Source: Paraspadella gotoi (lineage: Eukaryota > Animalia > Chaetognatha). From it: a DNA stretch of 64,000 nucleotides. The notes beneath the pieces are model-generated. The model did no database searches. It was given only the letters and a program-made list of their open reading frames with translations, and had not been told where the DNA came from. Shown piece by piece: positions 26,813-40,557 of this stretch. Numbering within the stretch: the stretch's first letter is position 1; each line of letters starts with the position of its first letter. Location: NCBI GenBank assembly GCA_051294375.1, contig JBJCIZ010000239.1, positions 6,805,545 through 6,869,544 of the forward strand. The letters are read 5' to 3'. Made by a program: the position numbers and the translations under genes.

Positions 26813-28124
26813 ACTTTGGGTCCGTCGTCGTTGACGATCGGTTTGACCACGAATTTCCACGAGACGCACTCTCGACACTTTCGTTCGCCTCCTTCGAGAA
26901 CGACGCATTCGGAGAGACCCTCCACGGGCTCCTCCACCAGCTCGTGACATCCGTCGACGTCCGGTCGCGGGGGTCTGCATCCGGGAACTTCCTGACAGGC
27001 GCATTCCTCCTTGTGGAATCCGCAGTCGTCCGTGGATTTGAAGGGGCGCTCGCAGGGTTGGCATTCCTGTGAGGGAAAGGGGATGGGATACGGGATATAG
27101 GATAGGATATAGGATAGGATATAGGGTAAGATATAGGATAGGATATAGGATAAGATATAGGATAGGATATAGGATAAGATATGATATAGTATAGGATAGG
27201 AGATAGGATAGGATAGGGGATAGGATAGGAGATAGGATATAGGATAGGGGATAGAATAGGATAAGGGATAGGATAGGATAGAATATAGGATAGGATATAG
27301 GAGAGAATATAGGATAAGATATGATATCATTTAAAGAAAAACTCATGGATTTGATTCTGGTGGCTTGATACTCCTATGATGATATAGGATATAGGATAGG
27401 AGATAGGAGATAGGAGATGGGATAGGATATAGGATAGGATAGGATATAGGATATGATAGGATACAGGATAGGATATAGATATGGCCTATGTTTTAAAAAA
27501 ATCTTAAAATATTTTTCAAAATTTCAAAAAAATTAAAATAACACTTAAAAAACATTTATTTTTTTCTAAATGGAAAGTAAGTTAAATTTTTTTTTTGGGG
27601 GGGGCGGGCCCAGGGCTCCCTTGAAAGCCCAGCTCATCATTCTACAATAAACTTTACAAGTTTACAACATTTTCAACTTATACGAAAGTATTTTACATAA
27701 AATAGAATCTAATTTAACTAATTCTTTCCTAGTTCAAGGAATGAGGGAACAGAGGGCCGCTTGTTTTTTTGATTTTTTTAAAGAAAAAATATTTCGGAAT
27801 TCCTTACTTTCTTCTCGTATCCCGGGTCGGGTTTCCGCGCGCAGTATTTCTCAGCGCATCGAGTAAGTTCGTTCTTTCGTTCGGCGACGACGTCGCACGG
27901 ATTGTTGCATCCGAAGTCGACGAAGGAGGGACAAGGGCGACACGCCCACTCCGGACAGTCGCAACAGTCCGTGATTTTGTGGGGATATTTGCGGCCTTGA
28001 AAGGCGAGGGGAGGGGAGGGGGGCGGTGGAGGTCGAAAGGGGGGAGAGAGAGGGAAGGAAGATCTTAACTTCATCTGCCATCATTGTCCGTCTGTCTCTC
28101 TCTACCTTTGTCAGTTCGAGACGT

Positions 28125-28172
<48 letters not shown>

Positions 28173-31100
28173 CCTTGTGTTCTGCCCAACACTGCTTCAT
28201 GACCTCGTCGTCGGCAGAGCCACATTTCTCCGGACAGCATTCGTAACTCGCGATGCAGCTGCACTTTTGTTTATTTTTCTCGGAGCGTTTGGCCGCCGCA
28301 TCGACGGTAGCGCCCCTCGCTGCATTCTCTTTCCTTATGTCGGGGAAAAACAATTCTATTTGAGCTTCCAAAACATATAGTTATAATTATAGTCATTATA
28401 CACAAAGAATTAATAGATTTTAAAGACATATTAATTCCGGTATTTTTTAAGTTTTGACGAAACAAATTATTCATTTAATACAAAATAATAATAATAATAA
28501 TAATAATAATAATTATAATAATAATAATTATTATTAATAATAATAGCTGATGAAGTCAATATTGACATGCAAAAAAGAAAACCTTTTTGAAATTAAGAAT
28601 AAAANNNNNNNNNNNNNNNNNNNNNNNNNAAAAGAGAGAGATTAAATTATAAACCGCATTTATTTTATGATCATATAACCACATTTCTAATAGTTGTATG
28701 ATTACACAGGGTGAAACGTATGCAAAAATGACGGTTAATGATATTTTACCTTTCATGAAAAATATTTCTATTAATACTGAATTTAACATAAATAATTACA
28801 TTTTTCCATGATAACAAAACAAAGTATTATATGAAAGATGATAACTTAAGTTTCTGATGGTGCCAAAAAATTTTAAAAAAAATATTATCTAAAATAATAC
28901 AAAATGTAGCTAAGGTTATAAATATTTAAAACCTAAATCTATTAAAACATCTATTAAACTGGACCGACCTAACTATTGTACGACCGACCGACGAAAATTG
29001 GCTCCCCGAGTACTCGCTGTGGCAACAAAAAAAAACGTAGCAAAAAAAAATCTTAAGCAAAATGTTGACGAAATGAACGTCAAAGTTGTTGTTTTTGTTT
29101 TTACATTAGTTGAATCTTTCATTGCGCATCGCGCGAAAAAATGAAACTTAAAAAAGAGCGCAAAATTTATTGCATCGATGATTGACCGCCTTTCGTACTT
29201 TTTTTTAGTTTTCTCCTCCGCACATTCATTGTGTCTAATTTGCTTTTTTTTTTGCTTTGTTTCGAAACCAAGTGGCCGCGGCCACCAGCATTCGACTTCG
29301 TTAACGCTTCGAACGAAGGAAAACCAGGAGAAAACTGAGACGCGGAATATTTGCCATATATTTTTTTTTTTTAATTCTTAAATTTTTTCCCGATTTTCTC
29401 CGGAAGCAATACCTAATCTAAATTGATTAATAATATTCTTTAACCTCTATTTCGTCGAGAGATACCATATAGAGACATGTCCCGCTTGGCTATTCGTCCG
29501 GGTGTCTTCGCTGCCTGGTTATCGACCTCACCTCAGGCAGTAGACATTCCTGGTCAAAAACTAACGCTTTCCCAAAATGAAAGGTAAGTTTCTAGTTTTA
29601 TCCTTTTGAGGGAGAAGTGACGGAATGATCACCCCCCGGCAATTGTAGGGGTCTGTATGAGGATAACGACCAGAGAAGAAACAGAATAAAAATTGTAAAA
29701 GGAACATTATGAATGTAGTGTCAGCGTCGCTGAGTTAGATTATTTTAAGATCGAGAACGAACCTGCTAAAGAATAAGTACGATTTAAACGCTTTCTCTTT
29801 CTTTTTAATTCCTCGTTGACCTTTGATCGCTATTTACTTAATTTCGGACTTGGGGCAATTTTTAATGACCTTATAAATATGTTCTCAAAGTAAGACATTT
29901 GGAATGCGTTTTTTAGTTTCTATAAAGAACGTCAGTTGAATACGTCTGTCCAACCGCTTTGGAAATGCTGTTTTTTCTCGTTTCCTTTGAATAATTTTTT
30001 GATAATAAAAGTTTCCTGGAAAAATAAACTATGATTCTCTTTTTCATTTCTATTTTATTCAATTTAAATTTAATTCAATCCAAGCGGACGACGAATGCCT
30101 ATTCTCTGCTGGCAGTGAAAGGAAGAAACATTTTCACAGTCAAAAACAGGGTTTCACAAAAGCATCAATTCCATGACCCCCAATTGGAACGTGATAACCG
30201 CGGTAGAGTCTTAGAATATCGATTCCATTCATCACTGACGGCTACAAAGCATTGAATTTTTAGCGAACATAAAACGCCATGTATAAATGTAATAAATGAT
30301 AATATAAAGAATCCGAAGTCACGAAATGATTTCGATAGATGAATAGGATGATGAGCCGAAAGTCAATATATTTCTTATTGGGAGCAGAAGAGCATCTCGA
30401 AGTTTAACATAGTTCGTCTGGTCTTTTCCAAAACAATGATAATAACAATTATTTAATCCGTCATCACTGAGCATTCTTTTAATGGACGCCTATTTATTAA
30501 TTTAATGAATAAAATATAATTAAAACATCGAAAAAATGTTTTAAAAACGTTGCCATCGACCAGATTCTCGAAGGTCAGACCGGAATCAATTTTGTCCGAA
30601 GCAAAACTTCGTCTTTCGCCAGAGGATTCAGGTAAATAAAATAAATACATTATTTAGTTTAGAAAATGTGATAATTAGGCATGAATTGATGCTTTTATGA
30701 CCTATAAGATGCCCTGGACAATGAGGCATATCCGCCACAGCTGGCGATGAGGGCTTTTGGACCCTGCAGTTATCACCCCAGTCACTGTGACGTGTTGATA
30801 CAAACAGAGACAAACCTGTGTAAGGGGATTTGGAACCGCGGACTGACGGTTGACAAGCAAGATAACTGAGCTGGACCACAGTTCAGTGAACGGCTGTGAA
30901 TAAACCTCTCTACTACCTTTTCCTTTGGGCTTCTTCCCCCCCCTTTTATCTTTTTTCTCTCTCGCTCTCCCTCGCACCGTCCCACCTCCCCCCTCAAAAA
31001 AAGGCCGCTTCTGGATCGTCGAGAATTTCAGGTGGCGGCACTGCGGCCCCTGCAGGTCTGCGCGGTCGCCGACGATGCCTGCGGAAGGCTGCGTCCGTGG

Positions 31101-34100
31101 ATTCAAGCCTACTTTTGAAGAGCGGCCTGGAAGGACGTTGTTGGTTCGTCACGCGCAGAGGACGGAACTTTTTTTTAGTTTCGGCGCGAATACTCGCGGG
31201 CGACTCAAAAGTCAATTTGTTGCGGTCAGGCGGTCTGTCCGCATAAGCTCATATAAAAAAGCTCAATAAAGTTCATATGTAGTAAGAACTTTTAGAGGGT
31301 ATAAGTAACCGATAAAAATTTTAATGCGCATAATATAATATTTATGCAGTCAGGATCACTCGATGAGAAAGAATCAAAGGATAAAATTCAAAAATACTGA
31401 ATCTGTTTTATTTGACTCTTGGCAATCGATAATGTATTTATTAATAATCGATAATGTATTATTAATAATCGATAATGCAATTATTAAACGCTTCTCGTGC
31501 AGGAGCGGCGAGAGAGAGGCTCAACCTCCGCCTCAGGTGAGGGGCCCGGGAAGCCTCCAGGGGGCCCGGGATGGCCCCTGAAGAAGAGAGGTAAAAAAAG
31601 AAAAAAAGAAGAAAAAAAGGGAAGAATTACAGAGAAGTTTGAGCAGCTGGAGCAATTCTCAAAGCAGAAAGTCCGGTAATCGAAAAACTAAAAACCTAAA
31701 ATTAATGGAGAGCGGGAGGGGGACGGGCCAGGGGGTCAGTGGAGGGGCCCCCGCCATTTCTCTCCGCCGCCCTGTTCTCGTGCATATGTTTCATACTTGT
31801 CTAGTCAATAGTCTCACCTATAGTCTAGACTATGTCATTGGTCAGTGACCATTGGTCACATTATCATCGAAAAAATGCATTGACGAAGAAGAAAGTTACA
31901 GGGCGGCAACGCTGTGAAATAGGCGCTTTAAACCGATTAACAGTTAACCGATAATCTGGTAAAAATTTAACCGGTTAATTTTAAAAATTGACTAATTTAA
32001 AACTTTTATTTGTTTTAAATACTATGGTTTGCCTTTGCAAGGCTGTCACCTATTTCTCAAAACTTTTCTCCCTATTTTAGATAATATATGTAAAGTATTA
32101 AAAGTGAAAAATAATTTTTAATTTCAAAACTATGAATTTATTTTAATTAAAAAAAATCACATGTTTCGCGCGAGGTTGTGAGCCTTCTTCAGTGCAAATT
32201 TGGTTTGTGAAATTTCCACATATATGATAATGAGAGAGAGAGACAAGAGAGAGAGAGCTCTTTCTTCTTCTTATTATTTTACCATATTGAAAAAATAAAC
32301 TATCAACTTTATATTTTCAACTTCACTTTCATTTATTTCAATGTTTATTATTTAACAATGTAGTTTATTTATTACTTTCGCAGTTTTCAAAAGTTTCTTC
32401 TTACTTATTTACATTGCTAAATGTTATTTACTAATACTAACTAAATTCAATTTCCTTTTAATTTCCTTTTCTCAATCTAACTGACCTTAACATGTAATCA
32501 AACATTCTCTTCTCTCTCTCCTCTTCTTTTTTCTCTCTTTTCTCTCTTTCTGTCTCATTGAAGAAGGGCTAACATTTGCATAAAAAGAGCATAATATGTC
32601 CCTCTTTTAAAATGATGGGAACCGACCATTTTAATTTAATATAAAAAGTTAATTCCGCTTAGATCACTTTACCACCTCCAACATTAGTTGATTTTTTTTA
32701 TGTTTTTTTTTATTATTACAATTTTTTCTTTGATGAATTCCTTTTAATTTATTTTCATTGAAAATAAAAAAAATTGTTGTTACTTAGTTTTATCATTATA
32801 TGATAGTTAGCAATTAATTAACATTTTAGCATTTTAATCGATAAATTAAAATTTTTTAAATTAAACCGTTTTTTTTCACGCCTAGCTGTGAACTAGCCGG
32901 TTCTTATTAACTTTTAATTTTAGCGTGAAAAAAACGGTTAATTTAAAAAATTTTAATTATCGATTAAAATGCTAAAATGTTAATTAATTTGCTAACTATC
33001 ATTATAATGATAAAACTAAGTAACAACCAATTTTTTTTATTTTCAATGAAAAATAAATTAAAAGGGAATTCAATTCAAAGAAAAATTGTTAATAATATAA
33101 AAAAAACATAAAAAAAATCCAAAACTTAATGTTGGAGGTGGTAAAGTGATCTAAGCGGAATTAACTTTTTATAATTAAAATTGTCGGTTCCCCATCATTT
33201 TAAAGAGGGACATATTATGCTCTTTTTATGCAAAATGTTAGCCTTCTTCAATGAGACAGAAAGAGAGAAAGAGAGAAAAAGAGAGAGAGAGAAAGAGAAA
33301 ATGTTTGATTACATGTTAAGGTCAGTTAGATTGAGAAAAGGAAATTAAAAGGAAATTGAAATTTAGTTAGTATAGTAAAATACATTTAGCAATGTAAATA
33401 AGTAAGAAACTTTGAAAACTGCGAAAGTAATAAATAACTACATTGTTAAATAATAAACATTGAAATAAATGAAAGTGAAGTTGAAAATATAAAGTTGATA
33501 GTTTATTTTTTCAATATGGTAAAATAATAAGAAGAAGAAAGAGCTCTCTCTCTCTGTCTCTCTCTCTCATTATCATATATTGTGAAATTTCACAAACCAA
33601 ATTTGCACTGAAGAAGGCTCACAACCTCGCCGAAACATGTGATTTTTTTAATTAAAATAAATTCATAGTTTGAAATTAAAAATTATTTTTCACTTTTAAT
33701 ACTTACATATATTATCTAAAATAGGGGAGAAAAGTTTTGAGAAATAGTTGACAGCCTTGCAAAGGAAAACCATAGTATTTAAAACAAATAAAAGTTTAAA
33801 TTAGTCAATTTTAAAATTAACCGGTTAATTTTACCAGATTATCGGTTAACTGTTAATCGGTTAAAGCGCCTATTCACAGCGTTGCGCCCCTGTAACTTTC
33901 TTTCGTCAATGCATTTTTCGATGATAATGTGACCAATGGTCACTGACCAATGACCATAGTCTAGACTATAGTTGAGACTATTGACTAGACAAGTATGAAA
34001 CATATGCACGAGAACAGGGGCGGCGAGAGAAATGGCGGGCCCCTCCACTGACCCCCTGGCCGTCCCCCCTCCGCTCTCCATAATTTTAGTTTTTAGTTTT

Positions 34101-36189
34101 CGATTACCGACTTTCTGCTTTGAGAATTTCTCCAGTGCTCAAACTTCTCTTAATTCTTCCCTTTTTTTCTTCTTTTTTCTTCTTTTTTTCTCTCTTCTCA
34201 GGGGCCATCCCGGGCCCCCCTGGAGCTCTCCCGGGCCCCTCACCTGAGGCGAGGTTGAGCCTCTCTCTCGCCGCTCCTGCACGAGAAGCGTTTAATAATG
34301 CATTATCGATTATTAATAATACATTATCGATTATTAATAATACATTATCGATCTGCCAAGAGTCAAATAAACAGATTCAGTATTTCTTGAATTTTATCCT
34401 TTTGATCTTCTCATCGAGTGATCACGTGACTGCATAAATATTATACTTATGCGCATTAAAATTTTTATGGTACTATACCCTCTAAAGTTCTTACTACATA
34501 TGAACTTATGAGCTTTTTTATGAGCTTATGGGACAGACCGCCTGACCGAAAAAGTGACTTATTGAGTCGCTCCGCGAGTATTCGCGCCGAAACTAAAAAA
34601 AAGTTCCGTCCTCTGGCGACGAACCATACAACGTCCTCCAGCCGCTCTTCAAAAGTAGGCTTGAATCCACGGACGCAGCCTTCCGCAGGCATCGTCGGCG
34701 CCGCGCAGACCCTGCAGGGCCGCAGCTGCCGCACCTGAAATTCTCGACGATCCAGAGCGGCCTTTTTTTTAGGGGGGGAGGTGGGAGGTGGCGAGGGGAA
34801 GAGCGAGAGAGAAAAAGATAAAAGGGGGGAGAAGCCAAAGGGGGAAAAGGTAGAGAGGGTTTATTTCACAGCTCGTTTCACTGACTTGGTCAGCTCAGTT
34901 CTTGCTTGTCAACCGTCAGTTCCGGGTTCAAATCCCCTCACGGTGTCTCGTTTGTATCAACACGTCAGTGACATGGGGTGATAACTGCAGGTCCAAAGCC
35001 CTCATCGCCAGCTGTCGGGATATGCCTCATGTCCCGGGCATCTTAGTCATAAAAGCATAATTTCACTGCCTATTATCACAATTCTAAACTAAATAATTTA
35101 TTTATTTATTTTACCTGAATCTCTCTGCGAAAGACGAAGTTTTGCTCGGACAAAATTGATTCCGTCTGACTTCGAGAATCTGGTCGATGGAACGTTTAAA
35201 ACATTTTTTCGATGTTTAATTATAATTATCATTAAATTAATAAATGGGTCCATTAAAAGAATGCTCGTGATGACGATTAAATAATTGTTATTATCATTGT
35301 TTGGAAAGACCAGACGACTATGTGTAACTCAGATGCTCTTTCTGTCTCCCAATTAAGAGAGATATATTGACTTTCGGCTCATCATCTATTCATCTATCGA
35401 AATCATTCGTGATTCGGGATTCGTTATATTATCATTTATACATTTATACATGCGTTTTATGTTCGCTAACAATCAATGCTTTGTAGCGTCAGTGATGAAT
35501 GGAATCGATATCTAAGACTCTACCGGGTTATCACGTCAATTGGGGTCATGGAATTGATGCTTTGGAAACCCTGTTTTTACTGTGAAAATGTTTCTTCCTT
35601 TCACGCCAGCAGAGAATAGCATTCGTCGTCCGCTTGGATTGAATTAAATTAAATTGAATAAAATAGAATGAAAAAGAGAATCATAGTATTTTCCAGAAAC
35701 TTTATTATCAAAAATTATTCAAAGGAAACGAGAAAAAACAGCATTTCCAAAGCGGGTGGACAGACGTATCAACTGAGTTCTTTATAGAAACTAAAAACGA
35801 TTCCAAATGTCTTACTTTGAGAACATATTTATAAGGTCATTAAAAATTGGCCCAATGTCCGAAATAAGTAAATACGATCAAGGTCAACGAGGGATTAAAA
35901 AGAAAGAGAAAGCGTTTAAATCGTACTATTCTTTGCAGGTCGTTCTCGACTTAAAATAATCTAACTCAGCGACGCTGACACTCATTAATGTTCCTTTACA
36001 ATTTTATCTGTTTTTGCTCTCGTTACTCATAAGACCCCTACAATTCCGGTGATCATTCCGTCCTTCTCCCTCAGGATAAACTAGAAACTTACCTTCATTG
36101 GAAAGGTTAGTTTTTTGCAGGAATGTTCCTCTGCCTGAGGTGAGGTCGATAAACCAGGCAGCGAAGACCACGAATAGCCAAGCGGACAT
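18093..36189 (-). CDS. Secreted cysteine-rich repeat protein with a C-terminal von Willebrand factor A domain. Exons: 36189-36093 (signal peptide), probable ~35180-35115 and ~34760-34600, then 28333-28173, 27995-27808, 27066-26815, 26512-26270, 26104-25793, 25231-25003, 24452-24148, 24070-23955, 23710-23528, 23291-23144, 22884-22761, 18208-18093
   Basis: GT-AG exons are mostly phase-compatible. VWA motifs: CPVGYRLDLQLLLDSS, AKTGEVL...ARWNQAEVPKILVVILNG, DVASAAKLWRDAGARIVALGIG, LVEDVC*. Upstream exons are Cys-dense. The first exon is MSAWLFVVFAAWFIDLTSG|GTAAGT. Linking the 5' exons across the gap at ~28605-28629 is inferred. Confidence 0.75.
18409..18442 (+). ncRNA. Degenerate minimal hammerhead ribozyme motif (Penelope-like-element type)
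   Basis: AGTG-CTGATAA-A-GACTT..AAGTC-GAAA-CGTG-TC-CATT; a stem I pairing AGTG/CATT is possible. Confidence 0.55.
18636..18788. repeat. Perfect 71 bp-arm inverted repeat (11 nt spacer) made of two head-to-head truncated hammerhead/PLE-tail copies
   Basis: 18636-18706 is the reverse complement of 18718-18788. Confidence 0.9.
18856..19105. repeat. 22 bp minisatellite (ATTGATGCGATGATAGTCATTC and variants), about 11 units
   Basis: Tandem units are directly visible, with a gradient of unit variants. Confidence 0.9.
27085..27480. repeat. GGATA/GATAT simple repeat in an intron
   Basis: Directly visible. Confidence 0.9.
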
Positions 36190-36996
36190 TGTCTCTTTAT
36201 ATGGTATTCCTCTGAAATAAGTTATTATTATTAATCAATTAGATTAGGTATTGCTTTCCGGAAAATCGGGAAAAATTTTAAGATTAAAAAAAAAAATAAT
36301 ATGGCAAATTCCGCGTCTCAGTTTTTCTCCTGGTTTCCTCGTCGAAGCGTAACGAAGTCGACTGCTGGTGGCCGCAGCCACTTGGGTTTCGAAAGCAAAG
36401 CAAAAAAAAAAGCAAATTAGACACAATGAAAGTGGGAGGAGAAAACTAAAAAAAGTCGAAAGGCGGTCAATCAATCGATGCATAAATTTTGCGCTCTTTT
36501 AAGTTTCATTTTTCGCGCATGCGCAATGAAGATTCAACTAATGTAAAAACAAAAACAACAACTTTGCGTTCATTCGTCACAATTTTGCTTAAGATTTTTT
36601 TTGCTACGTTTTTTTTGTTGCACAGCGAGTACTCGGGGAGCCAATTTTCGGTCGGTCGGTCAGTCAATAGTTAGGTCGGTCAGTTTTAATAGATGTTTTA
36701 ATAGATTTAGGTTTTAAATATTTATAACTTAGTACATTTTGTATTATTTTAGATAATATTTTTTTAAAATTTTTGGCACCATCAGAAACTTAAGTTATAT
36801 CTTTCATATTAATACTGTTTTGTTATCATGGAAAAATGTAATTATTTTATGTTAAAATTAGTAATTATAGTAAATATTTTCATGAAAGGTAAAATATCAT
36901 TAACCGTCATTTTTGCATACGTTTCACCCTTGTGTAATCATACAACTATATAGAAATGTGGTTATATGATCATAAAATAAATGCGGTATAATTTAA
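28642..36996. repeat. Giant inverted repeat, arms ~28642-32884 and ~32921-36996, spacer ~36 bp
   Basis: The arms are reverse complements along their whole length, with many small indels. The left arm starts next to an N-gap. Confidence 0.95.
33608..33641 (+). ncRNA. Degenerate minimal hammerhead motif (mirror copy at ~32159-32193, minus)
   Basis: CTGAAGA-A-GGC...GCC-GAAA-CATG-TG. The cleavage-site nucleotide is G, so it is likely inactive. Confidence 0.45.
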
Positions 36997-38343
36997 GTAA
37001 TATTCTTGGTTATTTTAATTAATACTAAAAGAAAAAAAAATTACTTGATAATCTGGAAGTCAAACCCACTCAACCCCTTAAACTTACCTTCTTTTTTTTC
37101 TGTTCCTTTTGCAAGAAAAAAAAAATAACGATGCCAATTAATTAAACAAATTTGACACAACCTTTTTGTTTGTTTATTGTTTCTTAAGACGGAGGGTCAC
37201 CTTCGTTTTAATTGTTCCTCCTTAAGCGAGTCAGTCTAGTATTCATAGTTTCAAGTGCTTTAATGTTTATACTAGATCAAAAATGCTCTTTTTTGTCTGA
37301 GTCTGTGTGAACTACTTAAGGGGAGTGAAAAAAAAAAAAACAAAACAAAATAACAAACCATTTGAGACAAACGTCTATGTATATCGAGTCAGATTTTTCT
37401 TCCGGAAAATATCAAGTCCGCTTCCTTTTGAAAAATGAAGAACTACAGGGTGTTTATAGCTAACTATTTAATTTAAAGCTTGATATATTTATTATAAGCG
37501 TATATATATACAAATATGTATGTACAGAGTTAGTAAGAGAGAAGTCAAGAAAGAAAAGAGAAAGAAAAAGACAAAGAGTTGATTTGTAATAATAATAATC
37601 ACTAACCCTAACCTTTAATTTTTATACTTGAATATTAATTTGATTTTAAATTTAAGTTGAAATGTGTCTTTTTGGAAAATAAGGCCAATATGGAGAAAAG
37701 AAGATAAAAAATTTCCATTTTCACATTTTTCCTGCCGCAACAAAATGCCAGGAGCTTATTTATTTCACAAAAATTAATTTTTTTTATTCTTTGAATATTT
37801 TTAATATTGATTTGGTTTTTACTGTATTGGTGCTGTGATATATGATTTTGAAAAATATCAGTCTGCAAAAAAAAAAACACTTAGTAGTTTCAAGAGTAAT
37901 TATATTGGGCGGCATTTTGTTTCATTTGTTTAACCAAATGTATACATACAACCGATCGAACGACGACCTAGTATCTATTTATGGATCCTATATCTCATTT
38001 GCATATTGCAAAATGGAAATTGTTAAAATTTATAATGACCTTTTCTGTTTTTTAACTATTTTTTTTAAAGTCGGATTCATTGGAAAATCTAGACAGACAG
38101 ACGGGGGCGGGGGAAAAAGAAAACTTGTTTCAAGCTTTTAAGTGACAGACTATTTTTTTTCAGAGGTTAATTAATTCGGAATGAGTCTATTCACTGAGCT
38201 TCCGTTTGCCAACAAAACAAATGTCCAAGTCTGTGTAACGGTCCACAGAGTTTTTACTATTCAAGTATTTTATGGTCTTCTTTCCGCTTTACTCCCTTTT
38301 CCCCTCTCCGTCTTTCTGTCTCTCTATCCTTTCTCTTCTTTCT

Positions 38344-38377
<34 letters not shown>

Positions 38378-38379
38378 AG

Positions 38380-39586
38380 ATGGCCCTCTCCGCCTCACTT
38401 CCTTCCGTTTCGTTCGTCGTCCTTCAAGTCGCTGCTTTCCTCGCGGGAAACAACAACAACAACAACAACGACGAAATCGACGACAACAACAACGACGAAA
38501 TATTCACTAAAATCGAGAAACTTGGACGGCGACTCTGGGAATTAGACGAGAACGCCGAAGCAGGAAACCGTAATCCGCAGCCGCCGCTGCAGGAGCCGCG
38601 TCTGGAATTGAGAATGCGACAACAACAACAACAACAACAACAGCCTTTTCCTAAAAATAACGTCAAAGCCTCGACGTTTATTTCCCGTCAAAATTCCAAG
38701 TTTCCGGTGAAAACAAAAGATCCTCGATTTCAGTCGACGATTGCAGCGCTCTGCCATCTGTCGGTGGCGACGGCGAAACTTTGCTTTGAGATCAACTGTT
38801 CGTTCAAATCCGCCGCCTTCGCCGCTTTCGGAATCTTGTTGGCCGGAGCGAGGCGAGACGACTGTTGTTTGTCTGTCTGTCTATCTGTCTGTCTGTCTGT
38901 CTCACGTTTTAACTCATAACTCGGGTAATACTGCAATTATTTGGTTAATACTTTCAAGTAGGTTTCATACTTGTGCGATCAGGTTATCGCCGGAAAAATT
39001 AGTCACGATACTAGATTTACTAAAGAATTAGGACAACCAATAGAAAAATTATTCATTCATTTAATAAGCTATCTTGCCCCGGACTTTGCTCACAATTCCA
39101 TCTTAAATTTAATGTTACATTATTATTTTTAGTTAAAAATTAGGTTAAAAGTTAGGGTTAAGAATTAGGTTATGGAATCTGTTAATGATTAAGCCTTATG
39201 TTAGTGATTTAGGTTCGGGCTTAGGATAAGAGACTTAAGTTTAAGGTTATAGGTTAAAGTTAGAAATTAAGAATAAGGTTTTACAGTTATGGTTTAAAAT
39301 TAGGTTATTGCTCAGGATTAGGTTTATGAATAAAAGTTAAACTTAAGGGCTGTGTTATAAATTCCATAATATTCTTAAAATAAATATTGGGGTTAAAATT
39401 AAAATCCGGGATAAAGGCTCATAAGATATCACGTAAGATATTAAAAGTTGCATCAAATTTGCGTCGACTCATTTTTTTTTTCAACATGGTATCACTTTCA
39501 GTCGTCGGCGTCGACGAAGCGCTGCGTACCTGGCTGCGAGGGCGTTGATCTTCGCCGGGATGTCGAGGGAAGCGGTGGAGAGGCTT

Positions 39587-39619
<33 letters not shown>

Positions 39620-40518
39620 GGAGGAAGGGGTGAGAGAGGGAGAGTTGATGGAGAAAAGGAGGAGAGAGAGGAAGAAGGAAAGGAGAGAGAGAGGAAGAAG
39701 GCGAGGAAGAAGAAATGGAAGAGGAAGAGGAGGAGGAGGAAGAGGAGGAGAAAGAGGAGGAGGAGAAGGGGTGAGAGAGGGAGAGTTATGGAGAAAGGAG
39801 GAGAGAGAGGAAGAAGGCGAGGAAGAAGAAGAAGAAATGGGAGGAGGAAGAGGAGGAGGAGGAAGAGGGGAAGTGGAAAAGTGGAAATTATTTTCGTTGA
39901 CAAAAACTCAACGAAAAAAATTGATGGAATTCGAAAAACGTGAGTTTTGTTAGATCTAGACATTTTGACATAAATTGAACTTAAATTAGCCATTAGCCAT
40001 TATCTATCTTTTTCTCCCTTACTTTGGAGAGGCTATTGCATTGGGAGTTAACGTTTCCATCCCTTTGTACAAGATAATAACACAGCCGAGTTTATTAACT
40101 TCCAAAGAGAGAGAGTCATGATTGAAAGCTTGCACGGACCTGCTATGGGTTTATCTTAGATAAATGGACCTTAAGTATGAGATCGGAAAATACAATATTT
40201 TCCGTTGACTTTAAATTTTTAATATTTGTCTTATTTAATAAGTTACATCATTTGACATTTCCCGGTCCCCTTAGGGCGTTGAATTGTACACGAATGTAAT
40301 ATTTTTGTAATAAATAGGGATAGTAGGGAAAGACTAAGATAGCAAAAAAAATAGCAAAGTCGGAGTGATTAGTTGGAGAAAGAACAAAGAAAAAGCGTGA
40401 AGGGAAAAAAAATAGCAAAGAACTTTATAAAGCTGAATGAGGGGGGAATCAGAGGGAAAATGTTTAGAGACGGCGAAGCAGTATCTCTCTCTCCCTCTTT
40501 CTCTCTCTCTCTCTCTCC

Positions 40519-40557
<39 letters not shown>

